A DNA stretch of 58,408 nucleotides, counting the filler, from Sphacelaria rigidula (Eukaryota): assembly GCA_964200075.2 (NCBI GenBank). It is 6 parts of 6 records of this genome, joined end to end, with 100 filler letters (N's around TTAATTAATTAA, not from the genome) between each part and the next. Parts side by side here need not be neighbours in the genome. Positions count along the whole stretch, not along the records: positions 19,506 to 29,156 come from CAXNAA020008029.1; positions 29,257 to 38,907 come from CAXNAA020008030.1; 4 more parts are not named here. One strand, written 5' to 3'. Positions within the stretch are counted from its first letter, which is position 1; every line of letters begins with the position of its first letter. The position numbers and the translations under genes were made by a program. Positions 25,496 through 37,833 of the stretch are shown one piece after another. Under the pieces are notes generated by a model. That model searched no databases. It saw only the letters and a list, made by a program, of their open reading frames with translations, and was not told the DNA's origin.

Positions 25496-26957
25496 CTCAG
25501 ATTCGATTGCACCTGTTTTCTCGCAAAGGGTCTCCTTGCTGGCGATCAGGTTAGATGCGTTGGTAAGAGTCTACAGAGCCCGATCATTCGCCACTGTGTC
25601 CAGTTCGAGGTCTGTCGGATGAAGTGGGCGTGTCCCCCCTGCGGAGAGCACTTCGCCTACCTTCGTTCCTCCTCTAACTGAGCGGAATGACCAGTACTCA
25701 CATCTGTTACGGAACCTTGATCGGTGCTGTTCGGGCGGTCTCGGGTCTACCACTTCGGGAGCTATGTGACGCTACTCGACAAAAAAGTGGCGTTGATTTG
25801 CTGCGAATGGAGTACAGTACTCTCAAACAAGGGGGGTATTTGTAGCTCACCGGTGATGGTGACCAGAACCTGCTTCGGGTCCGAGGAGAACAGCCCAGTG
25901 TCCAGAGACCAGCAGGACGCCCACCAGCTCCCGTTTTCTCCGATTCATCCACCTGTTAACCTTACACTACAACCTTCCCGATATTTGGTTACACCATCTT
26001 CTCAGATGTATAGCAAACCGCCATTGGCTACGATTGGTGGAGCCGCTGTCGATGCCCGATCTCACCCGTTATCCCGAGCTGGCTTTCGTTGCGCTTGGTG
26101 GTCGTCCCTGGACTTTGCCATCGCAGACTTCTCAAGAAAAATGTATCTGGGGTGTACTTTCGTGCGTCAGGCAATGGCTCTAAAAAACTATTTGCCAAAA
26201 CAAATCACCATGGATGGGCGGGGCTGTACGCTTGCAACATGAAGGTAGCAAAAACAAATGGCGAAGATGATTGCAGAGTAAAATTGTCACGGGGAGTAGA
26301 GAATATAACGGAAAATGTAGAAAGAGAGGAGACAAACGGCAGAAAACCAAGGGGTACCATACGGCAGACAGGGGGGCAAAAAGAAAAAACAAATGATTAA
26401 GTCGGTGAAAGGAGAGAATCACGCAAATAGTGCACCGTGCGCTACGACTGGTAAATGCAGACGATGAGGGAAAGGGATCACCAGTATAAAACAGTTGATA
26501 GCGAAAGAGAAAAAGATCAACAGCAAAAAATACCATCGGGAGAGGAAATAAACATGGTATGATGCGATACCAACGACCATGGTATGACTCGCGGCATTGC
26601 GCAGGCACGTTCAGAGCGACAGGAGCGGGCAAAACCGAACAGCAAAAGCGGCAGGGGCGGATGGGGGGAGTGTAGTATTAGTGCGCGCTCTTCCGATGTT
26701 CGTGTGCAATTCCGAAACCTCAAAAAAATCAAGACGTGAAAGTAGATGAAAATAAAATATAACAAAATAAAACAAAATAAAACAAAATGTGGGTCACTGT
26801 GAAGAGAAGAATCAAACGCAACGCTACAGTAGAAGCAGAGTGAACAAAACAAAATGGTCAAGGCGTGAGCCACGCACATAATAACTTTTACAATCGGTGT
26901 ATCTACTGCTGCCGATCAACGGCACTGGTTGCCCCCAATTTCCCGACGTAAAAAACC

Positions 26958-27046
26958 CCATGTAGTGACGGTCCCATGGAGTGTAGTGACGGTCCCATGA
27001 AGTGTTGTGATGGTCCCATGAAGTGTAGTGACGGTCCCATGTAGTG
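26958..27046. repeat. 21-bp minisatellite, about 4 copies
   Basis: Unit gtgtagtgacggtcccatg(g/a)a. Confidence 0.9.
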
Positions 27047-28409
27047 AAGTGACGATGTGATGTGTCGAAAGGTAGGCCGATGAGAAGATCCTAATGTAGT
27101 GGCGACACAATGACAATGCAGTGGCGACATGTTGTGGCGTGGAGCGGAAGCGAATCAATACGACTTGACCCGCGCAATGACTTTTCACAAGGCCGCACAT
27201 CAACTAATCATACTAGGGGCCATTCATCATTTGCCGGGCGTTGAACATGTTTTGCCGCCAAGATGACTCCAGCATTGATGCCCCATATGTTGGTCAGAAA
27301 TTCGTTCGGACTCACATAGAATGATCCGAACAACTGCACGAGCAGTCCTGTTTGGTACAAAGTTGCACAGTGCAAACACGCTGCCACTGCACAGAGTACA
27401 GTGCAAACACCGTGCGATCACGTACCTGGCTAACAGCAGGTACCGCTGCACCAGATCTAGTGGGAGCGTGACATGAAAGACACATCTGAACCGCGCACAT
27501 TGCACGCGAAGTGCAGTCTCCCAATATCTGACTATTCGCAAGCAATCAACAGCCTGTATATATATACGTACCTCCAGGTGGATTTCACCCCAAACTGCTG
27601 GCTATGTGCACTCTGCGCACGCATGTTCGCTGGTTACGGTCTCGGGCCACTTCGCTTCACTCTCTAGTAGCGGGACAACAGCATTCATCTGCAGCCTACA
27701 AAGCACTGTGTACACGATGCGCACGTGGTGACTGTGGCTTGTGATGGGGCCGGGCCGTCTGTACAGTACAGGGAAGTGCAACATTTCCGGACGGAATTTT
27801 TTTAATTTTTACAAAACTCAGTTCTTGTACACGGAAGCAGGCGCCTTGCCGCCCACCGTCTGTATGATCATGGGGGTGCGTGGGGTACTTAGCCATGCGC
27901 GGGTACGCGCACAGGTGCACGTGAAGGGATGAATCACAGGACGTACCCATGTTGTCGTGTTGGCACGGAAGGTAGCAAGCATACGCTACAGCCAGGTGCT
28001 CCAGCTCCGTTATGCCCAGCTGATGGGTCACTTCGAGGAACCAACAAGTATGTAACATTTTGAAGGATCCCAAACTAAACAGAAGGACGACTGTTGCGCT
28101 ACATCGTTTGCAGATACAGCGCGAAACAGTGCGGCCCTACAGCGATGCGATTATGCAGTACTGTTTATCTTCGCGATTGGTCGCCATGTCGTGGTCGAGT
28201 CTCAGGGTGGCGTATCAAGCTCGTGGGACATAGGCTGGGGGTGGTGTAACGCCAGCGGCCAGCATAACCGCTGCTGCAGCACACAACGGTGTTGCACCAG
28301 AGACTCACCAGAGTTCGGTTCAAACGGCACTGCATGCATCATGCAAAACACAGGCTCACGTTCACGTGCAGAAGAGTGCTCTTGACTTGCTTGCAAGCGA
28401 GATATCTCC

Positions 28410-28595
28410 AAGTGGTTGCTGATAGCTTTGCTATTAATAGACTTGGCTAGGTAGCTGGAAATGTTGTGAGATACTGGGCACGCAACACCTCATACTCGAG
28501 AATAACACTGATATGCGAGTGGAATACGATCTATTGCACATGTCATGTGTACTCCGAAACGCCTACTATTGGTATAGCCGATATCTGCCGTAACA
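28410..28595. repeat. Second copy of the 20874-21063 repeat
   Basis: Near-identical direct repeat: ttggctaggtagctggaaatgttgtgagatactgggcacgcaacacctcatact..gatatctgccgtaaca. Confidence 0.85.
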
Positions 28596-29027
28596 GGTGT
28601 GCTGGAACATGTGGAATGCGGTGTAAAAACCTATCCAGTCATAGTTGGTATCCGAATTGAGCGGTAAGTAATAGCGTCGTGTTCAGTTGGTTTTGGGTCA
28701 TGCTACGATGCGGGACGCACATTTGGCCGCAAACCCTGATCATTCAGGATCTCCGAAGGCCAGGAGTAACACAACATTGAGAGTCAGGTTTTTCTAGTGT
28801 CATAATGCAATCCGGATATCCCGAGCCCTCGGAAATGCTGATCGTGACGTGCTCATTTAAGTTACATAATGCAATATGTTTCGCGAGTTTGACACTCTGA
28901 GGCATGACTGAGAGTGGGAATCGGCCGACCGAGAAATGAAATGATTTCGATCTCGAAATGCTTCGCCGGGCCTTATATGAGGACCAAAACGTTTTCTTAA
29001 GCAGGTTACCATGAACCCTTTCATTAC

Positions 29028-29047
29028 GTTGTTGTTGCTGCTGCTGC

Positions 29048-29131
<84 letters not shown>

Positions 29132-29156
29132 CGTTGTCGTTGTTGTTGTTGTTGTT
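29028..29156. repeat. (TTG)n microsatellite at the scaffold end
   Basis: Directly visible; it explains the poly-Leu ORF 29011-29208. Confidence 0.97.
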
Positions 29157-29256
29157 NNNNNNNNNNNNNNNNNNNNNNNNNNNNNNNNNNNNNNNNNNNN
29201 TTAATTAATTAANNNNNNNNNNNNNNNNNNNNNNNNNNNNNNNNNNNNNNNNNNNN

Positions 29257-30006
29257 GGCCCAACTCGTCTGTGTCGACGAGATATTGCTCTGCCAGGTTA
29301 AATCCGTTTCTGGGCTGGCCCAGCTCGTAGGAAATCTTCGAGAGGAGCCCCGAACCTCCTAGGCCCGTATTCCGCCAAAAATCTGCGACGAAGGACTCAT
29401 ACAGAGCATCTCTCCGAGGGCCTATTTTCCGACTATAAGGAGCGGCCTTAGGCCCTTGGCCGCGAGGGTAGTCCATCCGGATTATGCATGGTTTATGAAA
29501 GAGAAAAAGGATAATTCAACAGATGGATGACCTACCCTCGCGTCAAAGGGTTAAACTTGAGTAGACATGAAGAATACTCCATTATTTTGTTTTCGTAACT
29601 CGGTTGAGCGTGACGTCGTGGGTGGTCGGTCGAGAGTTCTTTCGATCGCGCCCACCAGCTCCATCGGATGTTGAAGCTAGTACCTTAATATCGCTGACCC
29701 AAAAGTTGCCATGAAGGCAGGGCAGAGATCTGGGTTTTAGACGGCGGCAGTTGTTTGCTATGAGTATTAGGGGGCGGGGATTTGAGACGGTTCGGACAGG
29801 GTTGTGATTGAAGCACGCGAATCGGCACAATTTCCGCCGCTGCCGCATTCCGCACTTGGAGCAAACCACATACGACAGACAAACAGAAGGACAGCAACCA
29901 AACACGAAAGAGCTCTGCTACTATTTTCAAGGAACCAGGGTAGCTTCACAGAAATTGGCCGCTGGGTAGGTTCTGCGTACCGCGCGGTGGGTACATAACC
30001 CTGCAT
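29257..30006 (-). CDS. Possible 5' exons of a gene divergent from the methyltransferase
   Basis: An ORF stretch with a hydrophobic segment followed by a gtatgt donor (..RALSCLVAVLLFVC), and a protein-like block running into the scaffold end (DALYESFVADFWRNTGLGG..LAEQYLVD). Junctions not resolved. Confidence 0.25.
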
Positions 30007-30292
30007 AGAAACAAGTTTTCACAGTCAAAAAACGGATCACACCCGCTGGTCAACAACCAGTGCCTTGAATGACTTGCGCGGTTGCACTGCCTCGCGCAAA
30101 TCTAGTACCATCGTTTTTACGGTACCCCATAGTGTCCTCTGCAGTCTCTGGAACTGTCTCCGACTTTTGGCACATTTCTGGTTACTGCGTTCTTGCGCGC
30201 ACAGTTTGCGGGAGTCAATTGTCCAAGTGGGTGCGTTACGTGGAGCCACAGCAAACAAGCGTCGGCTGTGCCAACATCATTGATTTCACGGA

Positions 30293-33200
30293 ATGAGGGT
30301 GGATGCGGACAATGACGACGATATCTTCGAAGAGGTGAGGCGGTAGTGCTAATTCCTGCTCTTCTGCAGACCTGTGGGCGTACCAGATGCCCCGGCCGAC
30401 TGTAAAGCCGTGTCGTGCAACGCAGTTCTGGATGCAAATATGGGGAGGGGGTGTTAGCCTCCGAAAAATGTCCGGACTGTTCGACGACATTTTCCCGGAA
30501 ACAGACTATTTATATTTTCTGCCGTCTATTCCACATGGATACACTTGCTTTCGTGCTACACCCTTTTTCATGGAAAACCGTGCGTTGAGACGACGCCCCA
30601 CCAATGTAGACGCTACATACACCCCCAGACCCCTCGCACAGAGGGGTACGGACCTGTAGTTGTTTATGTTTTCAAAGGGTACCCTCTAAACCTGCCAAAA
30701 AAATTGGAAATACTCGTATATATATATATATATATTCCGGTATATTCTGCTGAGCGCGGGATGCGCCCTGAAAATAAGGATCACTCCTTCTATATTCCGA
30801 GTTAAGGTACGACACAGAAATAAATTCTCGAATCGCACACGTGGCCGAGAACTCGGGTGCCGGAGCCCCTCGAAGGAGGCTCCGGACCAACCCGCCGTCC
30901 TCGACAAGAACAAATGAAAAAACACAGAGGGGGTTAGGAGGAAAATGTCGGAGGAGAGGTCTAGGTCGGCGCAACTTTGTTTCGGTGCATGCGTGTGTCC
31001 ATGAACAATGCACTCCGACAAGTTATGAAAAGAAGAGCGCTGCTGCTTGTGTACGCAGCCGCACATTGAGCCCAAGGTGAAGAGCGTGGCGCATACTGGG
31101 AGAGACAACGTCATGGTGACTGTACTGTAATATGCGGTTCTGTTTGTTGGATGTGTTGAGTCCATCGATACCGCCACATGCGCGGTACCATTTGTACAGC
31201 ACCCGTTCGCGGCGACAACGCTATAGCTTTGCTTTTTCCAAAAAATGAGAGCAGGTATCACCCCCAGGGTGGGTCGTGTGTTGCATTGGCATGATTTTCA
31301 TTGAAAAAGTGAATTCAAGACCCAGATGATCCACACTGGCAGTCGAAGGGTTCGCTTTTAGAGCTGATCGCAGGAAAAGTTCACACTATCCGAAGGTTCC
31401 GTGTAATCTAATCCTCGGTGATATCCGTAGACAAAGAGAAGGAATGTAGGGGGGTAGAGAGAGAGGACACCTCTGTACTGTACTGTACTGTACTGCATTG
31501 TACTACGGTTGTACTGTGCGTTTTAGCTCAGCTTTATGTATATAGTCACCCCCAGGGTGGGTCATCTATTGCATTGGTATAGTTTAAACTTGAAAAATGA
31601 ATGGTTATGTACAGACAGTACGGCCGAAGCAATGCAGCAGGGCAGTGTGTGTGTTATGTGTGCAGCAGGTCTTCTGGCTAGGGTTTTCTTCGAACCAACC
31701 GGGCGAATCCTTTGTTTCTGACTGGTCAGCTCGATTTTATAATCAGGAAAAGTCGGGACACATCTTTGATTTTTTCCCTACATGTTTCTTGAGCGATTAG
31801 CATCCTCAACAGTAGTAGCCTGAGGTGAAATTGCAAACTGCTGTTTGTAGCTACATTGGCATGCGCAGCAACGTTACCTTTCCCCCTACAATTAATTGCA
31901 CCCTGGATGACATATTTCATTATCAAAAAGTGTACTGGGTGCAGTATCGACTATTGCGTCTATTGCAATAGACAAAAGATGTCATACTGTGCACAGTACA
32001 ATTTTTTACAATGGAATCCAATGTCCAGGCTGTGCAATCAATCAAGCCTTGTAGTGTTGGTGTTCTACGACTCAGTCGCGAACTACAACATACTGTACCG
32101 TCGTATAGCATGCCAGATGCAGATGTATGACACGTGGGCGCCGTTGTCCATTGCTGCTGACGAGCGAAAACATTCATGCGAGCCTAGTGCGAGCCGATAT
32201 CAATTATCTTCTTCACGTTGATTTATTAGCACTCTTTTTAGCCAAATATGGCTAAATAATAAGGGGGGATACCAAGAGAACACCCGACTGTGTGTGTGGT
32301 TCACAAGCTTCTCGCACAATCACGATCATGACGTCATTAACCCTGTTCCCTGTTCCCCGCTGGACTGTGGCTTGAGCCCTGATTCTTCCCACTACTCTCG
32401 TGCCTACCCGTTATCCAGTGAAATCCTGTTGAGCAACATTCACGATGCCGCAACCTCATATCAGTAGAGTACAGAACCCTTCGCTAAAAGAAATTTACCG
32501 CATTTGGTTTTGGTTCAATCGCGGACACTCGGATCTCCACGGGGGCTGACAATCCCAAGTGTTTATCAGCGTGTCCAGCGTGCGTTTTGCTGAAGCGAGC
32601 GCCGATTTGAGCTCTGCCAACGCAAGTCCAAGGGCTCTCGGTTCGCCGTTGGTTGGAGCTTGAGTTACCGTTGGGGTTAGGGTTTGCTGCATGCAAAGTG
32701 TCCACCGTAAAAGTTCCGCGACGGGCTGACGTACACTCGCCCCTCATTTGCCGCCCGACCGCGCATCTGCGCCCTCGTACTCGGCACCATCCAAGCAGAT
32801 GGGGTTCATGTTCGATAATGCTCTTCCCAAGTCCAGGCGCTTGTTTCGCTTCGTCAACGACATCACCGTGGCCGTTCGGCTGGTGGACGATAACCCGGGC
32901 GCCGTGCAGGTGCGATACAACCGGCTCTACCGACAACGGATCGTCGTGTTATGTTGCTCAGACCGCAAGAGTAATGTGCGACGAGGTGTGTTGGCCCGTT
33001 GGGGTCATAGCCGATGTGCCCGTTGTCAACATTGCTGTAAGGCCAGTACGGTATGCACGTGTGTTTGGTCTGTACAGCAGCAGGTTCGATGTCGCCAATT
33101 ACGGACGCGGGCATAACATCACAGCTGCGTTTGCTCGAACATTCTGCTCTCCGCACCAGAGCTCAGCAAGAAGAGTTCATATAGTAGTAGCTTCTATAAT

Positions 33201-33545
33201 AGCAACACATATCCCTCCGTTGTGCCATGGCAGGGTAGGGTGCGTGCTACGTAAAGTTTAGCTGGGTGAGTAACATTGTTCTTCAACCCCGTACAATATG
33301 CCCATCGTACACTGCCGTCTGCACAATACACCAAGCTAACCCCTCTCCCTCCGTACTCTATCAACTGTAGTCTGGCCACTACGTGTGGCCCGCGGCACCA
33401 GCACTCTGCTCCTACCTGATCAACATCTGGCCGTCGCTGCCGCACGGAATGGTGCTGGAACTCGGGGCCGGATGCGGACTGGCAGGCCTTGTGGCGGCAA
33501 AACTTCCCGGCACCTCGGCCGTCCTATTTACGGATCACGATGCAG
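30293..33545 (+). CDS. Seven-beta-strand protein methyltransferase (Methyltransf_16, METTL21/23-like), first three exons
   Basis: Exons 30293-30334 (MRVDADNDDDIFEE|gtgagg), 32799-32909 (MGFMFD..DNPGAVQ|gt) and 33371-33545 (SGHYVWPAAPALCSYL..VLELGAGCGLAGL..VLFTDHD). Contains the G-x-x-x-W-x-A-A and ELGAGCG motif I signatures. Later exons were not found before the scaffold end. Confidence 0.88.
31897..32035. mobile_element. Diverged copy of the same hAT-like MITE
   Basis: caccctgga ... tgtccaggctgtg ends and the same internal palindromic layout centred on attgcaata. Confidence 0.65.
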
Positions 33546-34409
33546 GTGCGTTCTTGAAGAAGTAGAAAAAGTAGTGGTCTTTGTTCGACGTTTTGTGGTG
33601 TAAGTATTTGGAACTCCGCACCGGTATCGGCAGACCTTGTACAGTATGCAGCACGTGGTTACTTCTAGTTTGTTTTATAGATCGCTCTGCTTCGCATCAC
33701 ACTTGCCAATTTTCCTATCCTTTCCCACATTGGAATGGAATGGGAAAGGGAAAGAAGAGACAGACGCCCTCAATCAAGAAAAGCAAGAACGGCATACACG
33801 CAGAAGAAGGGATGGAAAGGAAGTAAGGGCCATAGATTGAAGATGACAATTCTTTCGCGCATCGCACCACGCAAATTCCAGGCATTATCGTTCTAGTCCG
33901 AGTGAAGTCCTTCCACGTGCGCAAGGGTGCGCAGGAAGGCGGAGCTGAGACCGGAGTCGTCGCTCGGCAAGTTCCCGCTAGGTTCTCTCGAACTATCCCT
34001 GGCCACTACTTGTAGATCCGTCTTTTTGTACACGTACAGCACGTGCCTCCCGGAATGCCAGTGGGCATCGAACGAGGCAAACGCGCTAGTGCCACCCCCA
34101 GTAGTGCAATCATACTTGAGCCATTTCCACTGCAAACGGAACTGCGTGACGTAGTGGGCGCCCACCCAGATGAGTTACACAACCCAGATCAAGGAATACT
34201 CTACGCGTAAAGAGAGAGTCTCGGACGCGTCGGGGGGAACGCCAACGACGGCAGCAGCACTCGACGACATAAATAGGCGGTCGGGGGCGTTGATAGCCGA
34301 GAAAGACAGGAAATTCCAAAAACACATATCCGATGGGATGATCCCGCATGAAGGACAAACTCCCGCCCCGGGGTAAGAAAAGTCAAGACAAGTACCTCCC
34401 AAAAATCAA

Positions 34410-34527
34410 TCAATCACGGCGGCCTGCAGAGTTTCACTATTTCCGTGAGGAACCATGAAGATAGCTAAATCAACCACGGCGGCTTGCAGAGTTCTACTAT
34501 TTCCGTGAGGAACCATAAAGATAGCTG
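34410..34527. repeat. 60-bp tandem duplication
   Basis: cacggcggc.tgcagagtt...actatttccgtgaggaaccat.aagatagct occurs twice. Confidence 0.9.
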
Positions 34528-35342
34528 GGTCACGTAAAGCCGCAGATTGCTCGGGCGTTATCGTACGCAGGCTGTGGTCGTCTACGGAGCAAGTAACGTG
34601 GCGCCTCCACGAGATCCCTACAGATTCTCGCATGAGCAAAATCAGTTGGAGATTGCTGGCGCGTGTCCGGCCAGTTCGCTCGCACGTGAGGCTCGCGTCT
34701 TTGGCAAATGGGTTCGAACACGCTCGCCGTGTCGCCTATTTGATCACCGCTTCCGGGTAAACCGCCGTCTGACACGACGAAGTCGCGCGCTTCCGCCAGC
34801 TTTACCTGGTGAAGGTTAGTTGGCATTTGGGAGAGTTAGACGATGAAAGAGAGCGACGTAGCCGAATCAGTCCCAGGGTGGTTGGATTCAGGAAGTGCGA
34901 TTAGGTGAAAAATCTACCCGGCCAGTCAGAAACGAAGGATTCGTCCGGTCGGTCAGAATAGAACCGCAGAATTGCAGAAGGCCATCTGCAGAAGGCCTTC
35001 GGTGCACCTTTCCTAGCCCCGTTGCCTCTTTAGGGCTAATCACCTTTGATCCATCGACTCGTTGGAGCTCTGAGGGCGTGTCTCAGCACTTTTTTTTTCG
35101 ATCGAAAAATTGTGGTCGATTTTTTTCTACTGATCTCATAGGCCCACCGCATTAACGTTCCTTGAAGGCTTCGACTCAAAATGATAACTAGCGGCGCGCG
35201 GAGAAGAATGCCACGAGGTATAAAACGATCGTTTGAGATTGAAAACATGCGGTCGAAAGGCACGAAGCGGCACTTGACTTATCTTACGATTAGGCTTCCT
35301 CTTGTGGTGCTAAATTTTTTTTTAAAGGCTAGTAATAGAGTT

Positions 35343-35532
35343 TCGAAAAACGCTTTTTTTTCATTTCTGAGTGCAAATATCTCAGGACCAGAGTGCAGAA
35401 TCATAAAAAAAACACCTCATCGAAAAGAAGTCGAGGGGGTACCACATTTGACGGAGGGGGAAATAATTTTTCGGTACACTCTGATCCTGAGATATTTGCA
35501 CTCTGAAATGACAAAAAAAGGTTTTTCCGAAA
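35343..35532. repeat. Inverted repeat (hairpin) probably within a non-autonomous DNA element
   Basis: tcatttctgagtgcaaatatctcagga.cagagtg pairs with cactctgatcctgagatatttgcactctgaaatga. Confidence 0.75.
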
Positions 35533-36883
35533 ATCTTCAATATCACCGAAAATGATGCTCGTAAAGTGGAATTTATGCTCGATTATGCTCGTAATATCCA
35601 ACAAGGATGGCATTCTCGACCGGATACAGACCCAACGATCACTATATGAATGTTATATATACAGTGGGGGGCTCTCAGTAGTGGCGGTATGTGGCCACCA
35701 CGGACACCGGCACTACTCTGAAAAGTGCCAAAACAGGTGCAAATGAGGGCTCTGAATACCTCAGTAGTGCCGGTTCTGGTACTACTGACGACCGTCCGTT
35801 CGTACAGTGCTACGCTTGCCCTTTGTGGGACCAACGGGAGCACAAAACGGACGAGGACCTTTGTTTCAAAGGGTTTCGATAGGATACGTCACGTAAGGTT
35901 TCGGGGTAGCAGAACTAAACCCGATGTTATTTTGTTTTTCACATTCAACTTGATTGATCCTGTTCACAGGTTGATCATTTCCTTCCCTACTAGCACAACA
36001 GCAGCAGTACGGCCACAAAAGTTGCTCATGCCGAAAGACCTTCCCGACAAGAAAAACAAGGACACATCTGCACCCAACAGAACTAAAAAGGTGGGGCATC
36101 TGGTGTGGAAAAAAACTCACGAAAGAGTACACCGCCCACCAAAAGGAGTGAGCGAGAAAGCATGAACCACACCCCTCTTCACTTCCTACCGGTTACCGAG
36201 ACAAGGAGAGCAACAGGCAACAGACGACAGCAGTACAGAAGTACTACTGTACAGGGCCTATAGTGCTCTGAACAGTTGACAAGTGATGCGATACAGGACC
36301 GCTCCCGCTACTCGTGCTGCCACTTGGATAGCCTGCACAGTACACAGCGTACGGAGAGCGTGGTGTCTTGCACAACAGCAGTACAACAACGACAGTATGA
36401 TATGGCGGTATGCTCGATAGCAAGCAGTTGATGCATACTGCATACAGTCCGTGTTGTCAGAGCATCCATACAATCAAGCATGCGCGGTGCTTGGCTGACC
36501 AAGAACACAAGACGATTGTTTGGTCGTCAATATCGAGCAAAGAGTTTATCGCCGCAGGTTTGCGGAATTCTGACCTACGGCGAGATGCTTTCTTTACTGC
36601 CCCGCTGTGGATTGCTGTGAAGTGCACCTGGCCGCTGTTTCGTGTGCAGCATTTAGATTTGAAATTGGCTTTGTCGTGGGTTGGTTTTGGACACTCATTC
36701 GAAGAGCATATAATATGATAAATCTCCCGTGGGTGTTATATTACTTATATAGTTTCCTCTATCTACAGGCAGTCAGCCATGGCTCATTTGTCAAAGCCGT
36801 GTCCACGTTGTCCACGCTGTGTCAGTGTTGTTCCTTTTCGATAATATGGAGGGATTAGGGTGCGAGATGTGTAACTTCCAGTA

Positions 36884-37833
36884 CCGTAAGTTGCTCTGTG
36901 ATCGCACAGGGCGTGAATTTCGCACAGGGGTCGTGAGAACGCACCCCTGTGCGATCAAAAACACGGTTTGAAACGATTAAATTGTTTTTTCGCACAGGGG
37001 GCGTTATTTTCGCACAGGGGTGCGATCTCAAGGATGAAATGCGTCTCAGCCACCTTCCGGGCGTGAGGACGCGTTTGCGCGGATGGGTCTTAGGGGCGAA
37101 CAGCCTGAGTTGCCACGGTTTTTGTCTTTATTCCACTGGTCATCATGGGGCTTGTCTGGACTACGCACTGCGGTGTGGCAGTGCAGACACAAAAAACATA
37201 CGGAGTGGTTTTCTTTTTCAATTTATTCTACTCAAGCTGTCGTCGTGCACCTTGGATGAAACCACCAAAGCCGAAACCTTTCACCAAACGCCACCACCGA
37301 CGGAAGGAACGAAGCCCGAAAGCAAACGCATACTGGCACCGAACGATATTTCTTGCAATCAATCTCGGCTCTCTCTTCAACATTTCGTGTAACGGTATAC
37401 CGGTACCACGACAGCTACCGTAGGCTCGTGCGGTGTGCTTGATGTTGTCGTGCTGTGGCTGTGTGCCCGTGTGTACTTGCTATGTTTCAGGCATCTTCAG
37501 ATCTTGTTCCTACGGCAGTACTGTCGCAGATTGTTCCTTTACACCGGCGAAGATTTACTCAGTATCGCACATGGCGGGGTTATCGCACAGGGTGTGCGTT
37601 CAAAGACCCTTGTGTCATCGATTTTTTTTACTTAATATCGCACATGTCGTTGAGATGGCACAGGGGTGTGCGACGGAAAAGCAGTACCAAATGCAAATGA
37701 TTTAATTCGATTTTCGCACAGGGGGTGTGGTGTTCGCACAGGGGTCGCGAGAACGCACCCCTGTGCGGAAAAAAAAGCTCGAAAACATTTTAAAATCGAT
37801 CGCACCCCTGTGCGATCACAGAGAAACTTACGG
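36884..37833. mobile_element. Non-autonomous Tc1/mariner-like (pogo/Tc2-type termini) DNA transposon
   Basis: TA|CCGTAAGTTGCTCTGTGATCGCACAGGG ... CCCTGTGCGATCACAGAGAAACTTACGG|TA: TIRs with a TA target duplication and many subterminal CGCACAGGGG motifs. Confidence 0.88.

Larger units (their letters stand above)
22628..26146 (-). pseudogene. Candidate multi-exon locus with in-frame stops (pseudogene, recoded gene or lncRNA)
   Basis: AG/GT-bounded blocks 26066-26146, 25851-25952, 25702-25761, 25513-25638 (all multiples of 3), then 22740-22825 and 22628-22669. The continuous frame contains TGA (25945-25947) and TAG (25571-25573). No family recognised. Confidence 0.3.

Noticed and set aside
26958..27046. 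CRISPR-like array
   Set aside because: Contiguous 21-bp tandem units without unique spacers, in a eukaryotic context.
29011..29208. Poly-Leu signal-peptide-like ORF
   Set aside because: Translation of a (TTG)n microsatellite running into the gap.
32653..33261. 202-aa ORF
   Set aside because: Alternative frame over the real methyltransferase exon 32799-32909 and its introns.
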